Positions 37,721 to 49,010 of a DNA stretch of 64,000 bases are shown in pieces (positions within the stretch are counted from its first letter, which is position 1; every line of letters begins with the position of its first letter). Below the pieces are notes generated by a model. It saw only the letters and a program-made list of their open reading frames with translations. It was not told where the DNA came from and made no database searches. A program made the translations under genes and the position numbers. The DNA is from Mobula hypostoma (Eukaryota), in the NCBI RefSeq assembly GCF_963921235.1, contig NC_086097.1, positions 177,942,001 through 178,006,000 of the forward strand, written 5' to 3'.

Positions 37721-40700
37721 TGTCAACAAAATAGTATCTAAGCCAAAAGTACAGGTGGATGGATTTAGTAAGAACAATAAGTTTAGGAATAGGGATGATG
37801 TGTTTACTTATATTGTCTTGGACATTTCTCTTGTGATCGCAAGACCCTGTCAGACATTGAGAATGTGAGAAGCCACAGGCCTGTTTCCCTTCTTTCGTGG
37901 CAAGACAAGGCAATGAGGCAGCAATGTGGCCTCGGTTCTAGCAAGGACGAGGCCTCAAGCGGGCTTGCCTGCTGTGGCAGTCCAGGTGAGACAACGCTGG
38001 AGAGGAGGCTGTGCTCAGTTGGGAGCTGGCCTCTCCCATCAGTGCTGCCTTCAAGTGTTTGACAGGCGGAAGGACAGGCTGGACGGCCGGGAGTTGCACC
38101 ATCGATTTGCATGTCGCTCATCAACGAGGACTATACTTGTGTTTTCTTAAGTAATGATGTGTGTGTATTTTTTTCCCCTCTCTCACTATTTTGAATGTAT
38201 GTTATACAACTGGGCCCCAGAGGAACACTGTCTCATTCGACTATATCCATGTATGGTCTGAATGATAATTTGATTTGATATAAGTCAATGGTATGGTTGC
38301 ACTTTGTGTGTTGCGTACAGTTCTGGTCCCCTTTTTTTGGGGAAGACATTATCAAACTAGATAGAGTGCAGAAGAGATTGACAAGGATGCCGCACTGACT
38401 AGAGGGCCTGAGAAGTTGGAGGGGTTAGCCGTGTCTGATCTTTATTCCCTGGAGCGCAATAGAATGAGGAGTGAACTCACTGAAGTTTGAAATCACGAGA
38501 GTATGGATAAGTTAGTGGGTCATACTCTTGTCCCCTGGGTTGGGGAGTCCAAAACTAAAGAACAGAGATACAAGAGGGGAGAGATTTAAAAAAGACCTGA
38601 AAGGTAACTTTACACAGAGACCTGAAATGGGCTGCCCGAGGAAGTGATCGGGGTCGGTACAATTGCAACATTTAAGAGGCATTTGGATAGGTACATGGAG
38701 GGGAGGGGCTTTGAGGGGTATAGGGCGAACACAGGCAACTGGGATTAATATGGAGGTTGCTGTGATCAGCATGGAACATTTGGGCCAAATGGCCTATTTC
38801 TGTGCTGTATGACTCTATGACAGATAGCTGATGTACATGGGAAAAGGTTACAGTGACTAAACTCAAAATTGTCAGATGCACAATACATGTATATATAGGT
38901 CCAATGATAAAACTAATTTGCAGAAGCATTACAGGCATATAGCATCAGATGCACAGCATTTACAAGAAAAAAACATATTAAAGTAATATAAGAGAGAGCA
39001 TAAGTGGGGGGAAAAAAAACATTGTGCAAAGTGATCATAATGTTGTTATACTGAGGTAGTGATTAGAGTTGTGCCAGTTGGTTCATTAACTGAATGGCTG
39101 AAGGGAAGTACCTGTTCTTCAAGCTGGGGGTGCAGGACTTCAGGCTTCTGTACCTCCTGGCTGATAGTAGGTGTGAGAAGATGGCATGGCCTGGACGGTG
39201 GGATGTATGATGATGGATGTTTGTTTCTGGAGGCAACACCTCCTGTAGATACTACCGATGATGGAGATGGATGTGCCCAACTACAGAAATATCCATTCAA
39301 CAGTAGTTTGTGTCTGGTTCTGAGGTAAGCCCAATGTGGAACCCGGAGATGCTTCATGAGATAGCTTGTGGGAGGTTGTCTTTCCTACCCTCCCGTTTGC
39401 TGGGCTTCCATATGTTTTAATTGAAGAGACAGTCTGTAAAAGAGGCGGCATCCATCCCTAAGGACTCTCACCGTCTGGGACAATACTGACTACTATCGGA
39501 GAAGATGCAGGAGTCTGGAAACCCAGATTCAAAGATACAAAAGCAGCTCCTTCCCTACCTTCGGCAGATTTACAAACAGTCCATGAATGTTCCCTCATTA
39601 TTCTGTTCTTTTGCGCGCTTGGTTTATTTACGTAATTTATAGTAATTTTATGTCTGAACCACACTGCTGCCACAAAAGAGCAAATTTCACATCATATAAA
39701 TCAGTGATAATAAACCTAGATCCAAATCTGATCTGATTATTAGTGCCTCTCTAGGCGTAGTTTTTCCATTTTAAATAAACACGGACCAGGGTTCCTGTCA
39801 GTTGGTGAGACTATTATTTATTTCACGAGACTTGAGAATGTCCTTGATTTGTCCAGAAATCCTTACCATTGGATGAGGTCAAAATTATGTGCATGTTTTT
39901 GGAGTGTGGTGCTGGGCTGTGAGAGTCATCACTGGGACTGGTTGAACATATCCCTGGAAACATTGACGTTGTTTTGCCTATGCTGCCATTATCATTAGTT
40001 CCCAAATCAAAAGCTCCGAAATACACATCCCTGTCCTTCCCACTTCTCTTTCCCCGTTGTAAATCATTCCTTTAAACCTATCCATTTTGATGAACATCTG
40101 TAAATGAGTTTGAATATTGCATTTGATTCCATATTTGAGACACTTCACAGTGTTTTCTTGATAACATCGGCGACCTGCTGAGGAATACAGTGGGTGGAGC
40201 AGCATGTGTGGGAGGAAAGGAACCGCCGATGTGAGCTGATCCCACAGATCTACAGATGCTGCCCGACCCACTGAGTTCCGCAAGCATATTGCTGGTTATT
40301 CCAGACTCCAGCATCTACAGTCTCTTGTGTCTTAGTATGCAACTACACTCTGTAGTTAAAGATACTGAGTGAAAGTTTTCTGTTATCTATCAGTTTGTGA
40401 ATATTGTCGTAAACTGACCGTGTACATGTTAATGAATAGTACATTGTTCCAAGGGGCAGGGGGATAAAATTTATTCCATTTTATTATGTATTAATCTGCA
40501 GATATGAAATGCAATGTAATAATGTATAAAAGTCTTGCATAATAAACTGTAAAGAAGTAGACCATGAGGCCCTAATGCCCTTTATTGCTGTTTCTGCTTC
40601 ACATAAATCTCCAGCCACTCTGCTCTGAATATCTAATTCCTTCTCCTTTACACACTCTCCCAAGTGTGCTTATCCAGCTTCCCCTTTAGCCTCTTCCTGT

Positions 40701-41559
40701 GGAAACAAGCTCCATGTTCTTTGAGGAAGTCCCAGACCATACAAATTACAGCGGTCCAACTGACTAGATTTGATTATGCATCCAGACAGTTTCACTCTAG
40801 AAGTGATGTGTTGCTGACGTAGTACTGAGGGAGTGCTGAGCAAAGAAAAGCTCTTTTAGATCAATATTTTTAAAAAAAAAACCATGGACACCATTTTGAA
40901 GAACGGGAATACTTCCCAATGTCATGGGCCATGGGCCAATAAAATTCCCTTAATTACTACCCAGAAGAAGCATTATATGTCTATTATTATGTTATTGGGG
41001 TATATTTATGCGTAGTATTAGAATAGTAAAATTCAAATGAAATAATAATGGAATTTTGGAAAGGTCATGGAAGTGCTCTTTAAAAAAAAAAGTTTTAAAA
41101 TTTTAATTCCTTGGATATCCATTATTAATGTTTTCTGCTCAACCGATTGCAATGTCTTGTATGTGTCCAGAAATCCACCGAGATAAGATTTGTAAGTTGG
41201 CCTTGCTTTGAGTTTGTGCCTTTCTGGATGCTTGTTCTCACACTGTTGTCCCAAGTTTATTAAACAGCTGCAAAGCTGCAAATCCATTCAGGTTTGCAGT
41301 TGGCGAAGGGGGTCCTTGGTACCAGTGCAGTCAGGGCCAAGGGTTTCAGTGGCACTTTTCCAAAAACACAGGTTTAATGTAAGAAAGATATGAAAAGAGG
41401 TGGAATTCTTGAGTGGACAGTGCACAGATTCCACATGTTTATGGTCTGTCTTCTACCATTTTAAATGCCGGAGTAATGTTACTTCTGGCTGCATTTCAAT
41501 CGTAGCCACTTGGCTTTGCCTTACTGTGATCCCTTCCCTTCTAGGACAGTCGACGTAAC

Positions 41560-41723
41560 ATGTCAAGGCCACTGCTGACCCGGTCTCCCGTGTCCCCGCT
41601 GAGCAATCAAGGGATCCCAACCCCGGCACAGTTGACAAAGTCCAACGCTCCAGTGCACATTGATGTGGGAGGTCACATGTACACCAGCAGCCTGGCAACT
41701 TTAACTAAGTTTTCTGATTCCAG
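41560..41723 (+). CDS. KCTD1: KCTD1 coding exon 1 (exon starts at acceptor 41545; ATG 41560); pre-BTB region and BTB start
   Basis: Manual translation [54 protein letters not shown](R) matches the KCTD1 N-terminus. Pyrimidine tract+AG at 41543-44, donor AG|GTAAAC at 41724, 164 coding nt (phase 2). Missed by the ORF track. Confidence 0.96.
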
Positions 41724-42527
41724 GTAAACATACTGCTGTGTTGGGGAGTGGGTGGGTGGGGAATGTCTTCTTCAATTTTTATAAAACCTCGTTTATAAAA
41801 CACTCCTAGAACGAATTCCAAGACAGGTATCTGAACCCAAGCTGTCTAGCCTCACTTTATAAGATAACCCTCTAATTCCAGAACACAACACAGGGAATCT
41901 AGTAAAGTAAATCATTTATTATTCTTTAGTTTTTTAATTTTTTGGTATCTAATGCGAGCAACAAATTCTCTGATTGTCCAGATGACAGGTCTCACCCCAA
42001 AACCTCAACTGTCCATTTCCCTCCGCAGATGCTGCCTGACCTGCTGGGTTCCTCCAGTATTTTGTTTGGTGTTGCAGTCTCCCACTAATGACTTGTACTG
42101 TTGCAACATGCATGATATCCCAAATCCTGTCCTCAGTGCCCTGACCAAGTGCCGCCTTCACCACCCTGTCTACCTGTGTCACTACTTTCAGGGAACTATG
42201 TCACTGCACCCCGAGGTCTACAGCATTTATACAATTATATTTATCATTCACTACGACTGAAAACATCTCCATGTCTGTCCTGCCAAACCCAGTTTGTTGT
42301 TTTAAAGACCTGCATTCGGTTACACTCAGCTATTTTTAATACTGTGGTATATTATTCTGAGCCACATTGCAAACTTAGCTGCCTGGCCTTGTCTTAATGC
42401 AACCTTTTCCTTCCAGGTCAGTCAACATTACAGAGGAAGGGGTTTGAAGTGGCTTCTCTGTAGAGAGTGGGAGAATGTATTACGTTGTTAAAGTGCAGCC
42501 AGTGTACTTACAAACCTAAATACAAAA

Positions 42528-42850
42528 GGAGTGGTATGGAAGTATAGCAGTTAGTTTAATGCTTTACAGCGTCAACAGTCACGATTGGGGTTCAAACCTT
42601 GTTACTGTCTGTAAGAAGTTTGTATGTTCTCCCCATGACTGCATGGGTTTCTCCAGGTGCTCTGGTTTCCTCCCAAATTCCAAAGATGTGTGGCTTAGGG
42701 TTAGTGAGTTGTGGATATGGTATGTTGGTGCTGGAAACATGGTGGCATTTGCAGGCTGCCCCGGCACAGCCTCCAACCCTTGGTGGTTGTTGACACAATG
42801 ACGTGCTTCACTGTATATTTTGATGTACAAGTGACAAATAAAGCTAATCT
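42528..42850 (+). mobile_element. tRNA-headed V-SINE (HE1-like)
   Basis: B-box-like GGTTCAAACC followed by V-domain-like gtttgtatgttctccccatgactgcatgggtttctccaggtgctctggtttcctccca..tccaaagatgtg. Confidence 0.75.
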
Positions 42851-44423
42851 TTATATCTTTATAAAATAAACTTATAAATTAATAAATGAGCAAATTTACA
42901 GGTTGTTGTCTGAATGGCCTGAATAATGACTTCTAACTGCTTGAGATATAAATGTATAATGCCTTTTAATATGCTGGCCTTTTGTCTTATCTTTATTATA
43001 TGTTAGATCTGATGTGAAGGCATAACAACTCCTAATGAAGGGTAAAAGTAGGACTCAGCTATTCATTCCCATCTCCCTTGATCTGCAGTTCACCAAGGTG
43101 AAACCTGACCTTGTACCTCAAGTGCTATTTTCCTGCACGATACATTATATACCTGGAACAACCTTGGGCCCTGAATGTGCCCTGGAGAGGGTCCAGCCAA
43201 AGTTCATAGGAATGATCACCAGAATGGAAAGGGTAACATATGAGGAGTGTTTGATTTCTCTGGGCCTTACTCGATGGAGTTCAGAATGATGAAGGGGGAA
43301 TCTCACTAATACCTACTAGACACGGAATGGCCTGGATAGAATGGACGTAGAGAGGATGAATGAGTAGGAGAGTCCAGTATCTGAGGCACAGCAAGAAGAT
43401 GCTAGGTGGAGCACAATGCAAATTCACTCAAGTGATTGCTGGTATTGTGGAATGGTAATAATCTTTTCAAAGAAAATTAAGCTAACCAAGCCTCTGCTGT
43501 CTAGAACTTAGCAGAGGTGATTGCACGGAAATATGCAACGTTCCATTGAGGACTCTGATAGAGGGTGATTTGGCAAAAGAACCAGAGGAGGGATTTTCAC
43601 ATGGCGAGCTATAATTTGGAACAGACTACCTGATAGGATAGTGGCAGTAGATTGATCTTAGAGGCGGCAGGTCAGTAAATACTGGCCTGGAATATGTGCT
43701 ATATGTCCCTTTGCAGAATAGAAGCTGCTGGAGGAACCGGGGGGTCAGGAAACATCTGTAGAGTTAAATGTATAGTCGACATTCCAGGTCAAAACCCACA
43801 TCTGGACCTGTGAAGGATCTCGACCCGAGATGTTGATTGTCCACAGATAAATGGTAAATTGGCTGATGATTGTCATATATACTGCAGAACGGTGAAAAAC
43901 ATTTGTTCTTGCATACCGTCCATAAAGATTAAATCATCACATGGTGCATTGAGTTAGAACAAGGTAAAACAATAACAAGAGTGCAGAATAAAATGTAACA
44001 GCCACAGAGAAAGTGCAGGCAGAGCTAAAGATGCAAGATCATAATGAGGTAGAGTCAATCTACCATTCTAGGGAACCATTTACTAGTCTTGTAACAGTGG
44101 GATTGAATTTATCCTTGAACCTTGTGGCATGAACTTTCAGGTTTTTGTATCTTCAGCCTAATGGAAGGGGGGAAGAGAGAATGTCTGGATGAGTCTTTGA
44201 GTGGCAGGAGATGGTAGATGGGAAAATGAGGTGAGTTTATTTGAGCAATTACAAACCTGTGTAATATAACAGATACAGTGGATCTTGGAGAATTAACTGG
44301 ATAAACATTTTAAAATTGTGTTAAACTTAAGAGGAAAATGCAAGGAGTAAATTATCCATAAACTCACATCATTTGGAAAAGTGGGTATAGTTAAGACATT
44401 TAAAAAGTATTTTGACAGGTACA

Positions 44424-46099
44424 GACCTAATCAGTTCCCCTCTACCACCACTCTGCTCCATCTAGCGGAATTAGTCCTTACTCTTAATAATTTCTCCTTT
44501 GGCTCCTCCCACTTCCTCCAAACTAAAGGTGTAGCTATGGGCACCCGTATGGGTCCTAGCTATGCCTGCCTTTTTGTTGGCTTTGTGGAACAATCTATGT
44601 TCCGTGCCTATTCTGGTATCTGTCCCCCACTTTTTCTTCGCTACATCGACGACTGCATTGGCGCTGCTTCCTGCACGCATGCTAAGCTCGTTGACTTTAT
44701 TAACTTTGCCTCCAACTTTCACCCTGCCCTCAAGTTTACCTGGTCCATTTCCGACACCTCCTTCCCCTTTCTAGATCTTTCTGTCTTTGTCTCTGGAGAC
44801 AGCTTATCCACTGATGTCTATTATAAGCCTATTGACTCTCACAGCTATCTGGACTATTCCTCTTCTCACCCTGTCTCTTGCAAAAACGCCATCCCCTTCT
44901 CGCAATTCCTCCGTCTCCGCCGCATCTGCTCTCAGGATGAGACTTTTCATTCCAGGACAAGGGAGATGTCCTCCTTTTTTAAAGAAAGGGGCTTCCCTTC
45001 CTCCACTATCAACTCCCAAACGCATCTCCCCCATTTCACGTACATCTGCTCTCACTCCATCCTCCCGCCACCCCACTAGGAATAGGGTTCCCCTGGTCCT
45101 CACCTACCACGCCACCAGCCTCCGGGTCCAACATATTATTCTCCATAACTTCCGCCACCTCCAACGGGATCCCACCACTAAGCACATCTTTCCCTCCCCA
45201 CCCGCCCCCCCCCGCTTTCCGCAGGGATCGCTCCCTACACGACTCCCTTGTCCATTGGTCCCCCCCATCCCTCCCCACTGATCTCCCTCCTGGCACTTAT
45301 CCTTGTAAGCGGAACAAGTGCTACACATGCCCTTACACTTCCTCCCTTACCACCAGTCAGGGCCCCAGACAGTCCTTCCAGGTGAGGCGACACTTCACCT
45401 GTGAGTCGGCTGGGGTGATATACTGCGTCCGGTGCTCCCGATGTGGCCTTCTATATATTGGCGAGACCCGACGCAGACTGGGAGACCGCTTTGCTGAACA
45501 CCTACGCTCTGTCCACCAGAGAAATCAAGGATCTCCCAGTGGCCACACATTTTAATTCCACATCCCATTCCCATTCTGACATGTCTATCCACGGCCTCCT
45601 GTACTGTAAAGATGAAGCCACACTCAGGTTGGAGGAACAACACCTTATATTCCGTCTGGGTAGCCTCCAACCTGATGGCATGAACATCGACTTCTCTAAC
45701 TTCCGCTAATGCCCCACCTCCCCCTTGTACCCCATCTGTTATTTATTTTTATACACACATTCTTTCTCTCACTCTCCTTTTTCTCCCTCTGTCCCTCTGA
45801 ATATACCCCTTGCCCATCCTCTGTGTCCCCCCCCCCATCTTTCTTCCCGGACCTCCTGTCCCATGATGCTCTCATATCCCTTTTGCCAATCAGCTGTCCA
45901 GCTCTTGGCTCCATCCCTCCCCCTCCTGTCTTCTCCTATCATTTTGGATCTCCCCCTCCCCCTCCCACTTTCAAATCTCTTACTAACTCTTCCTTCAGTT
46001 AGTCCTGACGAAGGGTCTTGGCCTGAAACGTCGACTGTACCTCTTCCTAGAGATGCTGCCTGGCCTGCTGCGTTCACCAGCAACTTTGATGTGTGTTGC
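44424..46099 (+). mobile_element. Young 5'-truncated Penelope-like retroelement (RT, Zn-knuckle, GIY-YIG, pLTR-type tail); probably Neptune-type
   Basis: RT motifs LTLNNFSF...QTKGVAMGTRMGPSYA...LRYIDD; CKRNKCYTC linker; VIYCVRCSRCGLLYIGET; several frameshifts; flanked by direct repeat TTGACAGGTACA (44412-44423 / 46100-46111). Confidence 0.92.
46000..46037 (+). ncRNA. Minimal type I hammerhead ribozyme motif in Penelope tail
   Basis: TAGTC-CTGACGA-AGG(GTCTTGG)CCT-GAAA-CGTC-GACTG: stem I AGTC/GACT, core CUGANGA and GAAA, stem II AGG/CCT, palindromic ACGT in place of stem III; predicted cleavage after GUC at 46032. Confidence 0.8.
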
Positions 46100-46130
46100 T
46101 TGACAGGTACACCATAGTTAAGGTTTAGAG

Positions 46131-46209
46131 CAGGGGTTCATAACCTTTTTTATGCCATGGACCAAAGCCAGTAAGCAAGTGGTCCATGACCCCAGGTTGG
46201 GAACTCCTG
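46131..46209. mobile_element. 79-bp hAT (Charlie-like) MITE
   Basis: TIR CAGGGGTTCATAACC / GGTTGGGAACTCCTG; 8-bp TSD GTTTAGAG (46123-46130 / 46210-46217). Confidence 0.88.
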
Positions 46210-47665
46210 GTTTAGAGGGATATGGGCCAAACACAGGCTTATGGTACTAGCTCAGTTAGGCAACTTGGTTGGCATAGACAAATAGATCGAAAGGCCTGTT
46301 TCCTGAGTTAGATAACTCTATGCCTCTATGGAGAAAGATTCATTGACTACGTTAAGAGCACGGAATGCGGTGTCAAGGTATCAGACATTGCTAGCTCCAT
46401 TGTCATTAGATAGATGAATTTGCATGGAGAGAGGATTTTTCACCCAATGAGGAGGAGTTATCTGAAAAGTACTTCTTGGTATCTTGATGGAAGAAGATTC
46501 AGTGGATATTTTGTAGTGGTCGTTTCTTGTACTGTATGATTCTTTACTAATACAGAATGACTTTTGCAGACTTAAGTCACAAATGGTCTGAACACATATG
46601 TTGTTGGTGCATTTCATATCTGTCAGCATCTACCCATCAATAGAGTTGTAGAGCACGGGAAGAGGCCCTTTAGTCCAAATGGTCCCTACTGACCAAGTTG
46701 GCTATCTAAGCTAAGTCCATTTGCCTGCATTTGGCACAGATCCCTCTGAACCTTTTCTATCCACGTAACTCTCCAAGTCTCTTATAAATCAATGTACAAG
46801 TTGATAGATTGGTTAAGATCATCTATATTGTGTTGGCCTTCATTAATTGAGAGTTTGAGTTCAAGGGCTATTTGTAATGTTGTAGCGCTCTAAAACCCTG
46901 TTTAAAACACACTTGGAGTGTTGTGTTCCTTTCTGGTCACCTCATTACAAGAAGGATGTGGAAGCTTTAGAGAGGGTCCGGAGAGATTTAACAGGATGCT
47001 ACCTGGATTACCATGTTTTATGAGGATAGGTTGAGTGAGGTAGGAGTGAAGGACAATGAGAAGTGACTTGACAAAGGTGTTAAAGATTATAAGAAGCATA
47101 CACAGAGTGGACAGTCGGTGCTTTTTCCCAGGGTGGCAATGGCTAATACAGGAGGGCATTATGTGGGGGTTAATTGGATTTGTCAGTGATTGCTGGGGTG
47201 GGGTGGCTTGAAGGGATGGAAGGGCCTACTCTGTGCTGTGCCATAAAATAAATAAATACATATAAATAAACAATTTAAAGATGATTGGATGAAAATTTAG
47301 AGAGAATGTCAGAGGTGTATTTTGTTAACACGAGTGGTAGGTGCATGGAACGCCTGCCAGGGGTGGTGGTAGAGGCTGATACATTTAAGAGTCTCTTAGA
47401 CAGGAACATAGATGATAGAAAAATAGAGGGCTTTGTTGGAGGGAAGGGGTAGGTTGATTTTGGAGTAGGTTAAAAGATCATACAAATGATGGGCCGAAGG
47501 ACCTGTACTGTTTTATGTTCTACATATTGCTATTGTACCTGTCTCAACTACATCCTCCAGCAGCTTATTTCATATATTGACTACCATCTAATGAAAAATT
47601 GACCCAGGGTTCCTATTCATTTTTTCTCTCTCACCTTAACATCTTCAGCAAATTCCCATGGTTAG

Positions 47666-47872
<207 letters not shown>

Positions 47873-48344
47873 TGACATATTGAAAATTCTGTGTGTGTAG
47901 TTTAAAGTGCAATTTCACAAGAGTGCTGGTGTCAAAATAGTCCTAATGAAAGGTCTTGGCCAGAAACGTTGATTTTTCATTTCCCTTCACAGATGCTGCC
48001 TGAATAGCTGAATTCCTCCAGCAGTTTGTGTATTTTAATCAAAATATTTGGGACCATCTCCAATAGCATTACATTCCCAGTGAGCTATGTTTGAATTTGA
48101 ACTGTTGTGGGAAACAAGTGAAAATTAGAAATAGTTAGGATGTCTGTGGTGTACTAACAAAAAGGCAGTAAAAGCGATTTGGTTGTTCTTTGAAAGGGAA
48201 TTGGCGAACAATTTATTATACCATGGGGAATGAGCAAGGCATAATATGTGCTGTTTTGGGCATTGAAGCATGTAGAGAGGGTGCGGAAGAGATTAACTAT
48301 GACACTGCCTAGATTAGAGGATATGAGCTTTAAGGAGAGGTTGG

Positions 48345-48567
48345 TGTTATGTTTTGTAATTCCAAAATTGGAAGCAAAACAAGGGAGTCCGGAATGAGAG
48401 TCTAACTTTGTTTTTATTTTAAGTGAGGCATGATGACATATGCCATGTCTGTACTTTTAAATATAGCCTGTAATGAATTATTTGAACAACAAAGAATGCT
48501 TAATCAAATACATACATATATACACACAATATTACTCAAACATTACTGAAATATTAAATTCACAACA
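48345..48567 (-). repeat. Gypsy 3' LTR (223 bp) with adjacent polypurine tract 48568-48579
   Basis: TGTT...AACA termini; on the minus strand AGCAGGAAGAAG immediately precedes TGTTGTG; interrupts a CR1 fragment at 48344. Confidence 0.75.
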
Positions 48568-49010
48568 CTTCTTCCTGCTTAGCAATAAACTCCAACTCGA
48601 TATAGAATGCATCTTAACACAATTCCTGGCAGGTGAGACTTGTGGCTGTAAAACAGTTTCAGGTTCTGGGGCCTCCTTCGTGGTGGTTGTAGGATTTGAC
48701 TCTAAGACTGCAGGAAGTGGTTCTGACAGCTGCGGACACCTTTCTTCCCTAATAATTGACTGCTATCATCAACAGATCGATGTGTCGTCTCCAGATGACA
48801 CCAGACACAATCTCCATTATGTAGGAGAGTGGTCCAGTTCTGTCCTTAATCTTTCCAAGTACCCACTTTAGATCACCTCTGTAGTCCCTCGCCAGGACTG
48901 CTTGGCCAGGAATGAAACATGGAATTTCCTTTGTTTGAAGAACCCTCAATTAGTGTCAGCTGTTTGCCCTGCATACTCCCTCTGCTATTGGGTTGAGGAG
49001 ATCCAAGCAT

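Noticed and set aside
42528..42610. tRNA gene
   Set aside because: Decayed tRNA-derived SINE head followed by a V-SINE core; no full cloverleaf.
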